Assembly (NCBI GenBank): GCA_027006175.1
Contig: JALTKS010000038.1
Location: 24,080 to 88,079 of the forward strand
DNA length: 64,000 nucleotides
Direction of reading: 5' to 3'
Source of the DNA: Gammaproteobacteria bacterium
Lineage (GTDB): Bacteria; Pseudomonadota; Gammaproteobacteria; AKS1
In this document: positions 59,240 to 64,000 of the stretch, in pieces
Position numbering within the stretch: the stretch's first letter is position 1
Layout: the number at the start of each line of letters is the position of its first letter
The notes under the pieces: generated by a model
The model's input: only the letters and a program-made list of their open reading frames with translations
Databases searched by the model: none
What the model was told of the DNA's origin: nothing
Made by a program: the position numbers and the translations under genes

Positions 59240-61450
59240 ATGTCTTCCGCTTGTTATCTCCAAATCGCCATTGCCTCACCGCTGCGACAACACTTCGATT
59301 ATCTACCGCCTAAAGGGACTAACACGACCGACTTTCCTATTGGTAGCCGTATTCAAGTTCCTTTTGGTCGGCGGACAATGACCGGTATTTTGCTGGGTAT
59401 CAGCGATCACAGTGACGTCCCTACTGGCAAATTACGCCCGGCACTCAAGCTACTTGATAGTGAGCCCTTACTCAGCCCTGAAATTATGTCACTACTGCAA
59501 TGGGCAAGTGACTACTACCACCATCCCATTGGTGATGCGATGCAACATGCTCTACCCGTGCTACTTCGGCAAGGAAAAGCAGCCAGCGCACGTACGGAAA
59601 CGGTTTGGCGATTATCAGAAGCCGGTCGTGCTGCCGATCTAAATGAATTAAAACGTGCCCCCAAACAAGCGGCACTATTACAACAACTGCTCGGCGCACC
59701 CAAGGCCTGTTTCAACAAGGACGACTTCAATCAGCAACACAGCCATTGGCGAGCCCCGTTAGCGGCATTAGTTAAACGTGGTTGGGTCGATGCGGTGCAA
59801 CAACGGGGCCTGCTTTCACAAGAAACCATGACTGACTCTGCACCGGACTTGAATGATGAACAGCTTGCTGCAATACAAACCGTTTCAGCTGATATCGACA
59901 CATTTCAGTCCTATCTTCTTGATGGTGTTACCGGCAGTGGCAAAACCGAAGTGTATCTCGGTATTATCCAACACGTTTTATCTCAAGGTAAACAAGCCCT
60001 GGTGCTGGTACCTGAAATTAGTCTCACGCCACAAACCGTGAGTCGTTTTCAACGCCGCTTTCAGGTCCCAATCGCTGTGATGCATTCAGGGCTTGGGCAA
60101 AGTGAACGATTAGATGCATGGCTGGCGGCACGAAGTGGTGAAGCAAGAATTGTCATCGGCACACGTTCAGCACTGTTTACACCAATGGCAAAACCTGGCG
60201 TGATTATTATTGATGAAGAACACGACAACTCCTTCAAGCAACAAAAAGGCTTTCGCTACCACGCACGCGATCTGGCGGTGCTACGCGCAAGGAAGTTAAA
60301 TATACCTGTTATACTAGGCTCAGCAACCCCTTCGCTTGAAAGTCTGGTGAATGTTGAACAAGGTCGTTATCAATCACTCATATTAAGCCGTCGTACCAGC
60401 AAGGCAACGCCACCCCCTATCCGCACTATCGACTTACGCGGTCAGCCCATTGAAAGCGGCCTGTCGCGCACGCTAATAGAAAATATTACCGACCATTTGA
60501 AACGTGACGAACAAGTCTTACTGTTTCTCAACCGGCGCGGTTATGCACCCACACTCTGCTGCCATGATTGTGGCTGGATTGCTGACTGCCCGCGCTGTGA
60601 TGCCAAACTCACCTTGCATGCGGCTAACCAACGACTTCGATGCCACCACTGCACCACCGAGCAGTCGATGCCTGCCAACTGCCCCGAATGCGGGAGTACC
60701 GAGCTACGTGCCCTGGGTCAGGGAACGGAGCGTATCGAATCAACACTGGAAACATTATTCCCCAATACCGACATTGTACGAGTGGATCGCGACTCCACCC
60801 GCCGCAAAGATGCCATGCAAACCATGCTGAATAAAATTCATGAGGGTAACAAAGCGATTTTAGTAGGCACACAAATGCTGGCGAAAGGTCACGACTTTCC
60901 TAATGTGACCCTGGTGGGTATTCTCGACGCCGACCAAGGGCTGTTTGGTATCGACTTTCGCGCCAGCGAATCCATGGCACAACAAATTATTCAAGTGGCG
61001 GGGCGTGCCGGGCGTGCCGACAAACCAGGGCAAGTGTTAGTGCAAACCTACCATCCCGATCACGCGCTGCTCCAAACACTGTTACAGCAAGGCTACCCTG
61101 CCTTTGCCAAACAGGCGATACAGGAACGCCGTGATATTGAACTTCCACCCTATTCATCCATGGTGCTCCTGCGTGCTGAAGCCAGCCAACGCGCCCTGCC
61201 AATGGCGTTTCTCAGCAAAGCCTATGCCGCTGCCATTCGCTGTGGCAGCAAGGGAATTGAGCTATTAGGTCCCTTGCCCGCCCCAATGGAACGCCGCGCC
61301 GGTCGCTACCGGGCACAGCTGCTACTTCAGGCATCAGAAAGAAAACCACTGCAACTGCTATTAAAAAAACTACTCTCTGAATTAGATAAACTACCCGAAG
61401 CACGCCGCGTACGCTGGTCAATTGACGTTGATCCGGTCGATACCCTGTAA
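59240..61450 (+). CDS. priA: Primosomal replication restart helicase PriA
   Basis: 736 aa with Walker A GVTGSGKTEV, IIIDEEHD and a Cys-rich Zn-binding insert (CHDCGWIADCPRCDAKLTLH...LRCHHC...CPECGS). Confidence 0.97.
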   Translation: MSSACYLQIAIASPLRQHFDYLPPKGTNTTDFPIGSRIQVPFGRRTMTGILLGISDHSDVPTGKLRPALKLLDSEPLLSPEIMSLLQWASDYYHHPIGDAMQHALPVLLRQGKAASARTETVWRLSEAGRAADLNELKRAPKQAALLQQLLGAPKACFNKDDFNQQHSHWRAPLAALVKRGWVDAVQQRGLLSQETMTDSAPDLNDEQLAAIQTVSADIDTFQSYLLDGVTGSGKTEVYLGIIQHVLSQGKQALVLVPEISLTPQTVSRFQRRFQVPIAVMHSGLGQSERLDAWLAARSGEARIVIGTRSALFTPMAKPGVIIIDEEHDNSFKQQKGFRYHARDLAVLRARKLNIPVILGSATPSLESLVNVEQGRYQSLILSRRTSKATPPPIRTIDLRGQPIESGLSRTLIENITDHLKRDEQVLLFLNRRGYAPTLCCHDCGWIADCPRCDAKLTLHAANQRLRCHHCTTEQSMPANCPECGSTELRALGQGTERIESTLETLFPNTDIVRVDRDSTRRKDAMQTMLNKIHEGNKAILVGTQMLAKGHDFPNVTLVGILDADQGLFGIDFRASESMAQQIIQVAGRAGRADKPGQVLVQTYHPDHALLQTLLQQGYPAFAKQAIQERRDIELPPYSSMVLLRAEASQRALPMAFLSKAYAAAIRCGSKGIELLGPLPAPMERRAGRYRAQLLLQASERKPLQLLLKKLLSELDKLPEARRVRWSIDVDPVDTL

Positions 61451-61502
61451 TAAATCACAAACAGGCTTGCATGCGCTGTCCCGTCAAGGATAATAGCCGC
61501 CC

Positions 61503-63272
61503 ATGAAAGATGAACTGCAACAAATTATCCACACCGCACTGGCTGGGCTGACTAGTACCGGTGCCCTGAACTGTGACCTGCCTGACAATATCAATATTGA
61601 TCGTACCCGTGACAAGAGTCATGGCGATTTTGCCACCAATATTGCGCTGGTACTGTCCAAGCCAGCCGGCATGAAACCACGTGATTTAGCCGATGCCATT
61701 GTCAAAGCCTTACCCGCCAACCCGATGATTACCAAGGTTGAGATCGCCGGTCCCGGTTTTATTAACTTTACACTAGCCGATGACGCCCAAGCCTCGGTGG
61801 TCGCCAAGGTTCACGCGCAAGCAGCGCAATATGGCTGTGGTGATTTAGGCAAGGGTCAAAAAATTCAAATCGAGTTTGTTTCTGCCAACCCAACCGGTCC
61901 ACTGCATGTGGGTCATGGTCGTGGGGCGGCTTATGGTGCATCACTCGGTAATTTATTAAAAGCCGCCGGCTACGATGTGCATAACGAATACTACGTTAAT
62001 GATGCCGGTCGTCAGATGAATATTCTTGCCGCCAGTGTTTGGCTGCGTTATCTGGAACTTGGTGAACCGGATTTCCGTGATCATTTCCCTAAAAATGGTT
62101 ATCAAGGCGACTATGTGCAATGTATTGCGGCAGCACTGCGCAATAGCCACGCCACACGTTTCGATCACGACATTAAAACCGTGTTTGCTGATTTACCTGC
62201 AGATGAAGGCGAAGCAGGCGGCGACAAAGAAGCCCATATTGATGGCATTATTGAACGTGCCCGTGAATTACTCGGTGATGATGATTACCAGATTGTTTTT
62301 GATGCTGGTTTACATGACATCACTGATGGTATTCGTGTCGAACTGGAACATTTTGGTGTTCACTACGACAACTGGTATTCAGAACGGCAACTCCACGACA
62401 GCGGCAAAATTGATGAGTGCATCGCCCGCCTGAAAGACTCGGGGCATGTTTACGAAGACAAAGGTGCGCTGTGGTTTCGCTCAACCGACTACGGTGATGA
62501 AAAAGATCGTGTTGTGGTCCGTGACAACGGCATTAAAACCTACTTCGCCGCTGACATTGCCTATCACATGGAAAAACTGGAACGCGGTTTTGATCGCGTG
62601 ATTGATGTTTGGGGTGCTGATCATCACGGTTACGTACCACGGGTAAAAGCGGCACTCGCTGCAATTGGTTCGGATCCCTCAAAACTCGATGTCTTATTAG
62701 TTCAATTCGCTGTGCTTTATCAGGGCGGCGAAAAAATGCAAATGTCCACTCGTAGCGGGCAGTTTGTTACTTTACGCGAACTTCGTCAGGAAGTTGGTAA
62801 TGATGCCGCGCGTTTTTTTTACGTTATGCGTAAATGTGAACAGCACATGGATTTTGATTTGGATCTCGCCAAATCACAAAGTAACGATAACCCCGTTTAC
62901 TACATTCAATATGCGCATGCCCGTATTTGCAGTGTGCTACGTCAGCTTACGGAAAAAGAACTTGAATGGAATAAAGACAATGGGTTGGCAAATTTAGCCA
63001 TTCTCACTGAATCGCATGAAACCGATCTGATGACCTTGCTCGCAAAATACCCTGAACTGGTTGAAGCTGCTGCTCGTAACTATGAACCGCATCAAATTGC
63101 TTACTACCTGCGCGACTTAGCTACGGCTTTTCATACCTACTACAATGCGCATCAGTTTATCGTTGACGATACGGCTACCCGTGATGCCCGCTTTGCTTTG
63201 ATTACAGCGGTTCAACAGGTGATTAAAAATGGACTATCATTGCTTGGCGTTAACGCACCGGATACCATGTAA
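61503..63272 (+). CDS. argS: Arginine--tRNA ligase
   Basis: 589 aa with a class I HIGH region (SANPTGPLHVGHGRGA), the MSTRSG (KMSK-like) motif and a DALR anticodon-binding C-terminus. Confidence 0.97.
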   Translation: MKDELQQIIHTALAGLTSTGALNCDLPDNINIDRTRDKSHGDFATNIALVLSKPAGMKPRDLADAIVKALPANPMITKVEIAGPGFINFTLADDAQASVVAKVHAQAAQYGCGDLGKGQKIQIEFVSANPTGPLHVGHGRGAAYGASLGNLLKAAGYDVHNEYYVNDAGRQMNILAASVWLRYLELGEPDFRDHFPKNGYQGDYVQCIAAALRNSHATRFDHDIKTVFADLPADEGEAGGDKEAHIDGIIERARELLGDDDYQIVFDAGLHDITDGIRVELEHFGVHYDNWYSERQLHDSGKIDECIARLKDSGHVYEDKGALWFRSTDYGDEKDRVVVRDNGIKTYFAADIAYHMEKLERGFDRVIDVWGADHHGYVPRVKAALAAIGSDPSKLDVLLVQFAVLYQGGEKMQMSTRSGQFVTLRELRQEVGNDAARFFYVMRKCEQHMDFDLDLAKSQSNDNPVYYIQYAHARICSVLRQLTEKELEWNKDNGLANLAILTESHETDLMTLLAKYPELVEAAARNYEPHQIAYYLRDLATAFHTYYNAHQFIVDDTATRDARFALITAVQQVIKNGLSLLGVNAPDTM

Positions 63273-63274
63273 GC

Positions 63275-63856
63275 ATGGCAAGAAAAATGGCGAAGAAAAA
63301 TAAATCTTCCTCGACCCCCTTACCGGGTTGGGTCTGGATGATCACTGGCTTGTTTATTGGTCTGTTTGTTGCCTTTCTTGTTCACTTAAAAGATAACTAC
63401 CCAGGGCTGTCATTACCTAAAACAGCGAATACCGCCAAGCCATCCAGCCGTGATACGCGAGATGTCCGCAAACGCAACACCGACAGCATCCCTGCTGCCC
63501 CTCGAACACAGTATGATTTTTATACCATCCTGCCGGAAATGGAAATAGCGGTACCGGACACAGATACCGACGACAATACGAATAAAAGCACGGCATTCAA
63601 ACATAACAGTCAATTTATTCTACAAACGGGCTCCTTTAAAAAACTTGCTCAAGCCGATGAAATGAAAGCCAGCCTTGCGCTATTAGGTGTTCAGGCAAAA
63701 ATTCAATCCGTTACCATCAACAATGCCAACAGCGGTGCAACCACATGGCACCGTGTTCGCCTTGGTCCCTATGATAGTTTTGGTGAAATGAATAAAATCC
63801 GTTCGCGTCTGCGTAGAAATAAAATTGAAGCACTGCTATTAAAGTTAAAAAGCTAA
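63275..63856 (+). CDS. SPOR-domain, FtsN-like bitopic membrane protein
   Basis: 193 aa with one TM helix (WVWMITGLFIGLFVAFLV) and a C-terminal SPOR domain (FILQTGSFKKLAQADEMKASLALLGVQAKIQ...WHRVRLGPYDSFGEMNKIRSRL). It lies directly after argS. Confidence 0.8.
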   Translation: MARKMAKKNKSSSTPLPGWVWMITGLFIGLFVAFLVHLKDNYPGLSLPKTANTAKPSSRDTRDVRKRNTDSIPAAPRTQYDFYTILPEMEIAVPDTDTDDNTNKSTAFKHNSQFILQTGSFKKLAQADEMKASLALLGVQAKIQSVTINNANSGATTWHRVRLGPYDSFGEMNKIRSRLRRNKIEALLLKLKS

Positions 63857-64000
63857 TGAAAACGCCGCAACGCATTGCGACTGTTGACATACTTCGTGGC
63901 ATTGCCATTTTAATGATGTTTGTATTTCACTTTAGCTATGACCTGAATCTATTCGGTTACGTTGACATTAATTTTCTTGAAGAACCTTTCTGGGCAAACT
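63856..64000 (+). CDS. DUF1624-like (acyltransferase-3-related) membrane protein, 5' fragment
   Basis: My hand translation from the ATG at 63856 (TAATG overlap with the previous stop) gives MKTPQRIATVDILRGIAILMMFVFHFSYDLNLFGYVDINFLEEPFWAN. The RI..LD.LRG.AI pattern is typical of DUF1624. The gene runs off the window. Confidence 0.6.
   Translation, partial: MKTPQRIATVDILRGIAILMMFVFHFSYDLNLFGYVDINFLEEPFWAN

Overview
The window looks like 64 kb of core chromosome from a chemolithoautotroph-like gammaproteobacterium, with no rRNA, tRNA, CRISPR, transposase or integrase that I could see. All calls come from reading the sequence and ORF track by eye; no searches were run and family names are motif-based.

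Gene content in order:
- **Start of a type II secretion operon (minus strand):** gspC, gspD and the 5' part of gspE.
- **rhlB / trxA-rho block:** arranged as in enterobacteria.
- **AT-rich islet (~0.9 kb):** carries one orphan secreted-protein gene.
- **Non-carboxysomal form IA RuBisCO operon (minus strand):** cbbL, cbbS, terminator, orf115, cbbQ, cbbO, orf121, with a divergent cbbR.
- **Single genes:** a CPA2 K+/H+ antiporter, a TPR-CHAT lipoprotein and glgP.
- **Conserved backbone (recalled from Pseudomonas):** rpmE, nuclease, M48 peptidase, malic enzyme, ponA, pilMNOPQ, aroK, aroB, dGTPase-like gene, WGR gene, AAA/SPOR gene, gltB, gltD, hemE.
- **Lineage-specific segment (~11.5 kb, 47.7-59.2 kb).**
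- **priA, argS, a SPOR protein and the start of a DUF1624 membrane protein.**

The most interesting material:
1. A cyclic-nucleotide signalling island at 52.6-58.9 kb. It contains a receiver protein with a degenerate GGDEF domain that keeps its I-site, an HDOD-GAF protein, and an operon of a CHASE2 class III adenylate cyclase, a secreted SH3b protein and a periplasmic M48 protease.
2. Two uncharacterised small ORFs embedded in the RuBisCO/activase operon.
3. An orphan intrinsic terminator marking a candidate sRNA with a CUCCUCC motif.
4. A GacA/UvrY-like regulator with a degenerate receiver pocket, next to tandem Sel1-repeat paralogues.
5. A periplasmic TPR-CHAT lipoprotein.
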